Source of the DNA: an uncultured virus (IMG/VR IMGVR_UViG_3300003364_000021)
Lineage: Duplodnaviria > Heunggongvirae > Uroviricota > Caudoviricetes
DNA: 20,000 nucleotides
Strand: one strand, 5' to 3'
IMG/VR virus record: IMGVR_UViG_3300003364_000021
Coordinates: 60,839 to 80,838 of that record
The notes below the pieces were generated by a model. That model did no database searches. It was not told the DNA's origin and saw nothing but the letters and a program-made list of their open reading frames with translations. Both the position numbers and the translations under genes were made by a program. Each line of letters starts with the position of its first letter. Position 1 is the stretch's first letter. This document shows, piece after piece, positions 1 through 7,430 of the stretch.

Positions 1-240
1 CTGAAGGACGGGCGCGACCGCATGGACAGGCACGAAAGCCGGATCTCGCGGATTGAGCAGACGATCTCCAGCATGCCGGGCCGGGATGACATGCACGCGC
101 TGCAGCTCGAACTGGTCAAGCAGACCGGAGCAATGGAGAAAATGGCAGCCGTGATGGAAGGCAACGCAAAAATCACTGAGCGGCTGGAGATCATCGTCAC
201 ACGCCACGAACAACACCTGCTCGATGGAGGCAAGAAGTGA
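1..240 (+). CDS. DUF2730-like coiled-coil phage protein (Mu gp25 position), 5'-truncated
   Basis: Frame is open from base 1 (LKDGRDRMDRHESRISRIEQTISSMPGRDDMHALQLEL). The RI..IE..I..MP...D.H.L motif and the position before gp26/gp27 fit this family. Confidence 0.7.
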   Translation: MKDGRDRMDRHESRISRIEQTISSMPGRDDMHALQLELVKQTGAMEKMAAVMEGNAKITERLEIIVTRHEQHLLDGGKK

Positions 241-539
241 GCGATTATCAGACAACCCTCCGCAAGCACCGCCGTCTGGCGATCCTGCGGCATCTCGAGC
301 AGGTCTCGGGCTACACCGCCAACGCCTCGATCCTGCGCGACGTCCTGAACGGCGTGGGTGTCGGTTCCACCTTCGACCAGGTCACGACTGAGCTGGCCTG
401 GCTGCAGGAAGTCGGCATGGTGACGATGATCGATCACGGCGACTTTGTCATTGCCGAGGCGACCCGGCGCGGCATCGAGGTTGCGCGCGGTGAGGCGCCG
501 CATCCGGACGTTCAGCGCCCAAGCGCGCGGAGGCTCTGA
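237..539 (+). CDS. Mu gp26-like winged-helix protein
   Basis: RRLAILRHL..GY.AN.SIL..L.WL.E.G.V...AT.RG.EVARG...P.V.RP pattern. GTG start overlaps the upstream stop, with GGAGG upstream. Confidence 0.8.
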   Translation: MSDYQTTLRKHRRLAILRHLEQVSGYTANASILRDVLNGVGVGSTFDQVTTELAWLQEVGMVTMIDHGDFVIAEATRRGIEVARGEAPHPDVQRPSARRL

Positions 540-540
540 C

Positions 541-1113
541 ATGCCCCCGCCTCGCAAGGTCGAACTCTTGCCGCCGGAGCTACGCGCGCGGCTCCACGGC
601 TGGTGGAAGGAAAAGGGCTTTCACGGCTACGAGGAGCTGACGGATGAGCTCAATTTCTGGCTGGAGGAAGAAGGCCTCGAGCTGCGCATCGGCAAGAGCG
701 CCCTGCATGCCTACGGGCAGGAGTACGAGCAGTTCGTCAAGCTCCAGGACGAAGCCGGAGCCTGGGCACAACAATGGCTGGCCGACAATGACCTATCGGA
801 AGAGGCCGACCGCCACCGCGTCCTCTTCCAGATGATGACCAGCGTCGCCTTCAAGGTGCTCAAATCGCAGATGGGCAAGGAGGGCGAGGACATCGACCCG
901 CGCGAGCTGCATTTCCTCGGCAAGATGATGAAGGACATCATGTCGAGCGCCGGGATCCGCGAGCAGCTCTTGGTCAAGGAACGCGCCCGCATCGCCGCCG
1001 AGGAGCGGGCGAACGCCGTCGAGGCGCTGGACAGCGCCCGCGATGAGCTGGGGCTCTCGAGCGACGTCATCGGCAAGCTGCGCCGGGAGTTTCTGGGGGT
1101 GCGCGGTGGATGA
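541..1113 (+). CDS. Mu gp27-like (DUF3486) probable terminase small subunit
   Basis: MPPPRKVELLPPELR...GY.EL...IGKSALH.YG and a C-terminal GLS...LRREFLG. ATG 541 directly follows the gp26 stop and is preferred over the 445 start. Confidence 0.82.
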   Translation: MPPPRKVELLPPELRARLHGWWKEKGFHGYEELTDELNFWLEEEGLELRIGKSALHAYGQEYEQFVKLQDEAGAWAQQWLADNDLSEEADRHRVLFQMMTSVAFKVLKSQMGKEGEDIDPRELHFLGKMMKDIMSSAGIREQLLVKERARIAAEERANAVEALDSARDELGLSSDVIGKLRREFLGVRGG

Positions 1114-1345
1114 ATTGATACCGACAGCACTGGATGACCTCGCGGGAATACCGAACAAGGATCTGTCGACCGGTGGGAAAGTGATGGTGGGTGACCACAA
1201 CTGGCGTCGCGCCCCATTGTCCCACCGCGTGCGAATATTTCTGTTCGGGCGCAGGGAGCGCATCACGCATCTGGGCGTGCACTGCACCATCGCGTGGTGG
1301 CGGGAGCAGCCCTATCTGATCTGGATTGCCGAGGCGCGTCCATGA
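1106..1345 (+). CDS. Hypothetical accessory protein (79 aa)
   Basis: GTG at 1106 overlaps the gp27 end and the stop overlaps the next ATG (ATGA). It fills the operon gap; no family recognised. Confidence 0.55.
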   Translation: MDELIPTALDDLAGIPNKDLSTGGKVMVGDHNWRRAPLSHRVRIFLFGRRERITHLGVHCTIAWWREQPYLIWIAEARP

Positions 1346-1638
1346 TCCGCGCCATTGAATTCCCCAACCCGGCTGAGTTCCGCCGCCAAAAACTGCCGGG
1401 CAGTTTCCACATCGATCTGACCCAAGGCGGCCCGGACGGCGCGGCCCTCTGGTTTTACTGCCCCTGCGGCTGCGACGGTCCGTCCCGGATCATTATCGGC
1501 CTGCGCGGCAAGCCCGCGTCTACCCCGAGCTGGGATTGGAACGGGTCCATGTCCGAGCCGACGCTCACGCCGTCGGTCAATCAACTGCGTTGCGGCTGGC
1601 ACGGCTGGCTGCGCGACGGCTACTGGGAGGTTGCATAA
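1342..1638 (+). CDS. DUF6527-like Cys/His (probable Zn-binding) protein
   Basis: FYCPCGC ... WDWNGS..EPTLTPSV...CGWHGWLRDGYW pattern. ATG 1342 is coupled to the upstream stop, with GAGG upstream. Confidence 0.75.
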   Translation: MIRAIEFPNPAEFRRQKLPGSFHIDLTQGGPDGAALWFYCPCGCDGPSRIIIGLRGKPASTPSWDWNGSMSEPTLTPSVNQLRCGWHGWLRDGYWEVA

Positions 1639-1928
1639 TGTCTGAACTGGTTTTCATCTGGGCTGTTTATCTGCTGGCGCAATTCGCCGACGTGGCGTCC
1701 ACGCGCGCCGCCCTGCGCGGCGGGCTGGTCGAGGCCAACCCGCTCATGGCCCGCCTCATGGGCCTGACGGGCAATTGGTGGGCCGTCAAGCTCGGCGTGG
1801 CACTCGCTGCTGGCATTCTGCTGACGTGGCTGGGTCAAGAGCGCTGGATCATGCTGCTCGCCGCGATCACCGGCGGCGTGGCCGTGAACAACTGGCGGCT
1901 GGTCCGCAAGCATCGGGAGCGGCGCTGA
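1638..1928 (+). CDS. Small membrane protein, DUF5658-like
   Basis: Hydrophobic helices with D..ST..AL..G..EANPLM and a C-terminal V.NN motif. ATG 1638 overlaps TAA. Confidence 0.65.
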   Translation: MSELVFIWAVYLLAQFADVASTRAALRGGLVEANPLMARLMGLTGNWWAVKLGVALAAGILLTWLGQERWIMLLAAITGGVAVNNWRLVRKHRERR

Positions 1929-2200
1929 TGGCCACACCCGCCCAAATCGCCAACGACATGGCCGCGCATGCCAAATACTGGGCCGGGCGTGATTGTAACA
2001 TAGAGCGCGTTTGCCGCGACGCGGCGTGGGTGATCCGTTCGATGCTGGAGGGACCAAAGGTAGACGGCCGCACGTACGGCGGCGTTCATCGGCGGCTCTT
2101 GAGATTGGAAATGGGTCCGGGCTGGAGGGTCAAAGGCTATCCGGACCTTGTCCGTGCAAGGCTTTGTATAGAACGCCTGCGCCGGGAGGCGCGTTGTTGA
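1928..2200 (+). CDS. Hypothetical basic protein (90 aa)
   Basis: MATPAQIANDMAAHAKYW.... TGATG coupling at both ends and GGAG upstream. Confidence 0.6.
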   Translation: MATPAQIANDMAAHAKYWAGRDCNIERVCRDAAWVIRSMLEGPKVDGRTYGGVHRRLLRLEMGPGWRVKGYPDLVRARLCIERLRREARC

Positions 2201-2394
2201 TGGCCTATCGATGGAAAAGACCGGACGGCAAAACCGGCAGCTGGGTTTCGACGGAGGATGCCGCAATTCAGGACGCGGTGCAGAAGAAAAGCTCAGGTCC
2301 GGGCCTCAAGGTTACGTTCGACCTTACCATTGCTCGGCTGCTCTTCAAATCGCTCGCCCGCAACGGTTGGAGTATAGAGGAGGGTAACCCGTGA
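2200..2394 (+). CDS. Hypothetical protein (64 aa)
   Basis: MAYRWKRPDGKTGSW.... GGAGG upstream, TGATG coupling, and the stop overlaps the terL GTG. Confidence 0.6.
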   Translation: MAYRWKRPDGKTGSWVSTEDAAIQDAVQKKSSGPGLKVTFDLTIARLLFKSLARNGWSIEEGNP

Positions 2395-4040
2395 CAGCCC
2401 CCGTCCTCACCCGCGACCCGGACGCGCTCCCCGAGGAGTTGCCGCGCGGCTCGGAAATCCCCGAGAGCCTCGATCCGCTGGCCGACGGCATCCTGATGGC
2501 GCATCAACGCTCCTGGTTGGCCGACGAGAGCGACCTCAAGGTTTGCGAGAAGGGCCGCCGCACCGGCATCACCTTTGCCGAGATGCTGGGCTGTGCGCTC
2601 ATTGCCGCCGCCGCGCGCGGCGCGGGCGGGCAGAACTGCTTTTACATCGGCGACACCAAGGACAAGGGCCGCGAGGCCATTGGCTATGTGGCGCATTTCG
2701 CGCGGGTGATTGCCGGGGCGGCCCACCCCATCGAGGAGTTTCTCTTCGAGGATCAACAGCCCGATGGCACCACCAAGTTCATCAACGCCTACCGGGTGCG
2801 CTTTGCCTCCGGGTTCCGGGTTGAGGCGCTGAGTTCCAACCCGGCCAACATCCGGGGTCTTCAGGGCACCGTGGTGATCGACGAGGCGGCCTTCCACAAG
2901 GATGTGCGCGAGGTGATCGACGCCGTCAACGCGATGCTGATCTGGGGCGGCAAGGTCCGGATCATCTCGACCCACAACGGCTATCTTAACGCCTTCAACG
3001 AACTGATCCGCGAAGCGCGCTCCGGCAAGAACGGCTTCAAGGTGCATCGCTACACCTTCGGCGATGCCGTCACCAACGGGCTTTATAAGCGCGTCTGCAT
3101 GATGCAGGGCAAGGTCTGGGGTGCCGCGGCCGAAGCGGACTGGGAGAGCACCATCCGCCGCTCCTACGGCGCGCGCGAGGCCGCCATGCGTCAGGAGCTC
3201 GATGCGGAGCCCGCCGAGATGCAGGGCGCGGCCCTCACCCGCGTGCAGATCGAGGCTTGCATGGCGCAGGGCATCCCGTTCCATCGCTGGACGCAGCCCG
3301 ACAGCTTCAAAAACGCCGATGAGGCCGTGCGCAAGGCCGCCGCTTTAACATGGTGTAGAACCCACCTTGAACCGGTGCTTGAAACCCTCGATCGCACCCG
3401 GCCGCATTTCATGGGCGAGGACTTTGCGCGCTCGGGCGACGCGACCGACATCATCATCCTCGAACAGGGCGTCGATCTCACCCGGCGCACCAAGCTCATC
3501 GTCGAGCTGCGCAATATCCCCTTTGACCAGCAGCGCGACGTGCTCTTCTGGCTGCTCGACCGCCTGCCCAACTTCCAAAAAGGGGCGATGGACCGCACCG
3601 GCAATGGCGCCTACCTCGCCGAGGTCGCAGCCCAACGCTATGGGTCGCGCATTGTCGAGGTGGCTTTCACGCGGCAATGGTACGAGCTCGAGATGCCTCC
3701 CTATATCGAGGCCTTCTCGGATCGCACCATCGTGCTGCCCGCCCATGAGGACGTGCTGCGCGATCACCAGGCGCTGCAATACACGGGCGGCATCATCCGC
3801 GTGCCGGAGAACTTTCGCTTCAAAGGCTCGGACGGTCTCGACCGCCACGGCGACAGCGCCATCGCGAGCGCGCTCGCCTGGTACGCCAGCAATCAGGACG
3901 TGGTGCCGATGGAATATCAATCGACCGGGCGGCGCGCCACGTCCGGTGCGGATGACTTCACAGGCACCATGGGTGGCCGACGCATGGGCTTTGCCCGGGG
4001 CGGCGGCGGTTTGGATTTCGGAGGGTTCGGAGATGGCTAG
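2391..4040 (+). CDS. terL: Terminase large subunit (Mu gp28-like)
   Basis: Q motif (LMAHQ), Walker A EKGRRTGIT, Walker B VVIDEAAF, IISTHNG, and nuclease motifs GEDFAR / MDRTGNG / HGDSAIA. Strong SD GAGGAGG. Confidence 0.95.
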   Translation: MTAPVLTRDPDALPEELPRGSEIPESLDPLADGILMAHQRSWLADESDLKVCEKGRRTGITFAEMLGCALIAAAARGAGGQNCFYIGDTKDKGREAIGYVAHFARVIAGAAHPIEEFLFEDQQPDGTTKFINAYRVRFASGFRVEALSSNPANIRGLQGTVVIDEAAFHKDVREVIDAVNAMLIWGGKVRIISTHNGYLNAFNELIREARSGKNGFKVHRYTFGDAVTNGLYKRVCMMQGKVWGAAAEADWESTIRRSYGAREAAMRQELDAEPAEMQGAALTRVQIEACMAQGIPFHRWTQPDSFKNADEAVRKAAALTWCRTHLEPVLETLDRTRPHFMGEDFARSGDATDIIILEQGVDLTRRTKLIVELRNIPFDQQRDVLFWLLDRLPNFQKGAMDRTGNGAYLAEVAAQRYGSRIVEVAFTRQWYELEMPPYIEAFSDRTIVLPAHEDVLRDHQALQYTGGIIRVPENFRFKGSDGLDRHGDSAIASALAWYASNQDVVPMEYQSTGRRATSGADDFTGTMGGRRMGFARGGGGLDFGGFGDG

Positions 4041-5586
4041 GAAGACCAGCACGATGCGACTGCGGTCAGTGCGGATGCGCAACCCGATGGAGCTTTCGGG
4101 CATCCAGAACGGTCGTGACATCACCCGGCCGTGGATCGGCCCGCTGCTCGAGCCGACCGATCCGATCCTGCGCACGCGCGGCGGCGGCAGCTTTGATATC
4201 TACAAACCGATCCTGACCGATCCGCAGGTCAAATCGGTGATGACGCAGCGCATCTCGGCCGTGACCAGCCGGGAATGGGAAGTGGTGCCGGGCGAGGACA
4301 CGGTGGCAGGCAAACGCGCGGCCGACTGGCTGCGGGACGAGCTTTCGGCCATGAAGTTCGACCGCCTGACCGAGAAGATGCTCTGGGGGCTCTTCTATGG
4401 GTATTCCGTCGCCGAGCAGATGTATCGGCGCGACGGGCAAATCTGGGGCTGGGAGGAGATCCGCGTGCGCGACCGTGTCAGGTTTCGCTTTGACGAGGAC
4501 TGCGGCTTGCGCCTGCTGACCATGTCGAACATGCTTATGGGCGAGGAGATGCCGCCCGAGAAGTTCTGGGTCTTCTCGACCGGGGCGGATCACGACGACG
4601 AGCCCTATGGCCTCGGCCTCGCGCATTGGCTCTATTGGCCGGTCTGGTTCAAACGCAACGGCCTCAAGCTCTGGCTGATCGCCCTCGACAAGTTCGGCAT
4701 GCCGACCGGACGGGGCAAGTATCCGGCGCAAGCCACAGAAGAGGAGAAGAAGACGCTGCTCGAGGCCGTAATGGCAATCCGCTCCGAGGCGGGGATCATC
4801 ATTCCCGAAGGCATGGATATCGATCTGCTGTCGGCACCGTCAGGGTCCAGTTCACTCGATTACCAGAAGCTGCACGACGCGATGGACGCCGCCATCTCGA
4901 AGATCGTTCTGTCGCAAACCATGACGACGGACGACGGCTCCAGCCGCTCTCAGGCCGAGGTGCATGACGGCGTCGGTGATGCCGTTAAGAAGTCCGATGC
5001 GGATCTGGTCTGTCAATCCTTCAACGAGGGACCGGTGGCGCAGCTCTCCGCGTTCAACTTCCCGGGCGTTGTGCCCCCAAAGGTGTGGCGCAAGATGGAG
5101 GACCCGGAAGACACCACCGCCGCCGTGGACCGCGACGAGAAGCTGCATCGCATGGGCTGGCGCATGTCCGAGGACCGCGTACAGGAGACCTATGGCGATG
5201 GGTATGAGCGTGCCGCACCTCCGGACACCCCCCCGCCGGGTGAGGAGGCCGCACCGGAGGCCGGTTTCGCCGAGCATCGCCACGATAGCGCACTCGATGC
5301 GCTTGCGGCCGAGATTATCGCCGAGGGACATGCCGAGGCGGCCGTCGAGCCGCTATTCGCAGATATCGCGTCCCTTCTGGGCAGCATCGCACCGGGCACC
5401 ACGCTTGAGGCGCTGCGCGCCCGTATCGACGCCTTGGCGGCCGCACCGAGCGACGGACAAGCGATGACTGACCTCTTGACTGAGGCCAGTTTCGCCGCGC
5501 GTCTGGCGGGTGAGCTGGGGGCCGTGGTGGATGACAGCGAGGCGGCGGACGGGTCGGACACCCTGCCCGGCTCCGTGGCCCCATGA
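4033..5586 (+). CDS. Portal protein (Mu gp29 / DUF935)
   Basis: GYSVAE, PYGLGL..LYWPV.FK, DKFGMP..GKY, IIPEGMDI, ISKIVLSQTMTT..GSSRSQAEVH. GGAG precedes ATG 4033, and the gene follows terL. Confidence 0.93.
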   Translation: MARKTSTMRLRSVRMRNPMELSGIQNGRDITRPWIGPLLEPTDPILRTRGGGSFDIYKPILTDPQVKSVMTQRISAVTSREWEVVPGEDTVAGKRAADWLRDELSAMKFDRLTEKMLWGLFYGYSVAEQMYRRDGQIWGWEEIRVRDRVRFRFDEDCGLRLLTMSNMLMGEEMPPEKFWVFSTGADHDDEPYGLGLAHWLYWPVWFKRNGLKLWLIALDKFGMPTGRGKYPAQATEEEKKTLLEAVMAIRSEAGIIIPEGMDIDLLSAPSGSSSLDYQKLHDAMDAAISKIVLSQTMTTDDGSSRSQAEVHDGVGDAVKKSDADLVCQSFNEGPVAQLSAFNFPGVVPPKVWRKMEDPEDTTAAVDRDEKLHRMGWRMSEDRVQETYGDGYERAAPPDTPPPGEEAAPEAGFAEHRHDSALDALAAEIIAEGHAEAAVEPLFADIASLLGSIAPGTTLEALRARIDALAAAPSDGQAMTDLLTEASFAARLAGELGAVVDDSEAADGSDTLPGSVAP

Positions 5587-6914
5587 TCGACCTGCAGCGC
5601 CTGCGCCCCGAGGATGCGCTGTCCTTCTTTCGCTCCAAGGGCCTCGCCCCGCCCGATGCGCGGTTCGATTTCCGCGACGTCTGGCGCAATGAGCACGCGA
5701 GCAATTTCGTTGTCGCCAAGGCGATGCGGACTGACGTGCTCGAGACGATCCGGGGCGCGCTCGACCGTGCGCTGGCCAACGGCGGCACGCTGGGCAGCTT
5801 CATGGATGACCTCGAGCCCGAGTTGAAACGGCTCGGCTGGTGGGGCAGCGGCACGGAGCGCGACCCCCTGACCGGCGAGTTGAAGAACGTCCGGCTTGAC
5901 TCGCCGCGCCGCCTGCGGGTGATCTTCGACGCCAATATGCGCGCGGCCCATGCTGCGGGCAAATGGGCGCGCATTCAGCGCACCAAGGCGGCCTTCCCCT
6001 TCCTGCGCTACGTCCAGATCCAGCGCGACACCAAGCGCGAGGACCACGCGCGCTATCACGACCTGATCCTGCCCGTCGATCACCCGGCATGGCTTCGCAT
6101 CTTTCCCCCCAACGGCTGGCGGTGCGGCTGCACCGTTCAGCAACTCTCGCAGGGCATGCTAGAGCGGCGCGGCCTCAAGGTGACAGAGGATTTCGAGCTG
6201 GAGGAGCGCGGGGTGCTGAACCGTCGCACCGGTGAGATCGAACCCACGGCACTCGGGGTCGATCCCGCGTGGGATGGCAACCCGGGTCAGGCGTGGCTTG
6301 ACCTCGGGGCGCGCCACGCAGGCGTATCGGCCGGGCTTTCCGCCCCGGCGGCGGCGACCGAGCTTGGCTTTGTCATGCGCGCCCGGCTCATGGGCCTGGG
6401 CGATGGGCGGGAGCATCTTGGCGCATTCGATCTGAGGACCGGCGAGGAAATCGACTGGAGCGTGGGCAAGCCGAAGCGCGTCAAACTGACCCCCTCCATA
6501 ATCCAGCGGCTGGAGAGCGGCACGGCCGTCGGCCTCGTGCACAATCACCCCAGTTCCGCGCCGCTCAGCCCGGATGACATGGCGGTTATGTTCCAGCGCC
6601 AAGTTCGATCAATCATCGCCGTTGGTCACGACGGCTCACTCTACCGGGCACAGATGCTGAGACTTAGCCGTGGCGACATGCGCGAGCTTTCGGAGGTGGC
6701 GGCAGAACTCATTGACGAGTTGGCCCCGGCCTTGACCAATACAGAGCGCGACCATGCGGTGCGCCTCGCGGTCCTCGACGTCTTGCAGTCTCAGGGCCTG
6801 ATCTTATATCAAGAGAGCCTTGGCGCGCAGTCGCGAGCAATCCGGCAGCGCATAGAAGAGTCCGCCCGGGGTGTTGCCGCTGCCATTGTCAGGGCCATGA
6901 ACGGAGATCCGTGA
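5583..6914 (+). CDS. MuF (gp30) minor head protein with C-terminal JAB/MPN-like extension
   Basis: MuF core: F.VAK, LGWWG, SPRRL.VIFDANMR.A.AAGKW, H....DLILPVDHP.W....PPNGWRCGC, VDP.WD.NPG. This is followed by about 200 extra residues with E...HNHPS...LSPDD. Confidence 0.88.
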   Translation: MIDLQRLRPEDALSFFRSKGLAPPDARFDFRDVWRNEHASNFVVAKAMRTDVLETIRGALDRALANGGTLGSFMDDLEPELKRLGWWGSGTERDPLTGELKNVRLDSPRRLRVIFDANMRAAHAAGKWARIQRTKAAFPFLRYVQIQRDTKREDHARYHDLILPVDHPAWLRIFPPNGWRCGCTVQQLSQGMLERRGLKVTEDFELEERGVLNRRTGEIEPTALGVDPAWDGNPGQAWLDLGARHAGVSAGLSAPAAATELGFVMRARLMGLGDGREHLGAFDLRTGEEIDWSVGKPKRVKLTPSIIQRLESGTAVGLVHNHPSSAPLSPDDMAVMFQRQVRSIIAVGHDGSLYRAQMLRLSRGDMRELSEVAAELIDELAPALTNTERDHAVRLAVLDVLQSQGLILYQESLGAQSRAIRQRIEESARGVAAAIVRAMNGDP

Positions 6915-7132
6915 TGCGAACGTTGCTGGTTGAGCCGCCCGACGAATGGAGCCGCGAGGCTTATGAGGCCGCATTGCGCGAAGCGGAAGCATTGCCTGAC
7001 GACGATCCGGACAAGGAAGAGCTGGTCGCGGTCCGCCGCGAAGATCTGTTTGGGTATTTCGACCGCCCTAAGAGGACGCCCGAAGAGCGCCGTGCGATCC
7101 TGCGCGCATTCCTTGTCGATCCGGCCTCCTGA
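6914..7132 (+). CDS. Small acidic protein, candidate immunity/partner of the MuF C-terminal domain
   Basis: 72 aa, D/E-rich and probably helical. GGAG at 6903-6906, with ATG 6914 overlapping the MuF stop (GTG 6911 is an alternative start). Confidence 0.6.
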   Translation: MRTLLVEPPDEWSREAYEAALREAEALPDDDPDKEELVAVRREDLFGYFDRPKRTPEERRAILRAFLVDPAS

Positions 7133-7380
7133 GGCGATTTCGGGCAAATTGGCCTTGCGAGCGCACCTGCAACCGAGGCCGCGCCACGGAATACCCCGTC
7201 AGAGCGCCATTAAATACCCATTGAATACCCCCCTCGGCCCTGCGGGCCACCTTCCCCCGCCGTCAGGGGGGAGGCCATTCTGGGGGCCTCTCAGGGCCTC
7301 TTGGCATTCCGGCCTTGCCGGATGCCCGGTTGGGCGGATAGTGTGGCCACAAGGGGACCCTGCCAAAACCTCGCCTCCCC

Positions 7381-7430
7381 TGAAGCCCTTCATCTGATAT
7401 GGCACCCGCGCCCGGCCTAGTGTCGGTCGC
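7381..7430 (+). promoter_or_regulatory. Candidate activator-dependent late promoter (Mu PI-like) giving a leaderless transcript
   Basis: Dyad TGAAG-CC-CTTCA at 7381-7392 and -10-like TAGTGT at 7418-7423, 7 nt before ATG 7431. No SD and no recognisable -35. Confidence 0.55.

Noticed and set aside
445..540. Upstream TTG start for gp27
   Set aside because: It overlaps gp26. The family N-terminus begins at ATG 541.
3343..3390. Short AT-richer patch in terL (TTAACATGGTGTAGAACC) as an intron or insertion
   Set aside because: The reading frame is intact and the patch is too short. It is most likely a recombined or divergent linker between the ATPase and nuclease domains.
3367..4032. 222-codon 5' extension of the portal ORF (739-aa call)
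   Set aside because: It overlaps terL in another frame and has Ser/Arg-rich shadow composition. The real start is ATG 4033 with an SD.
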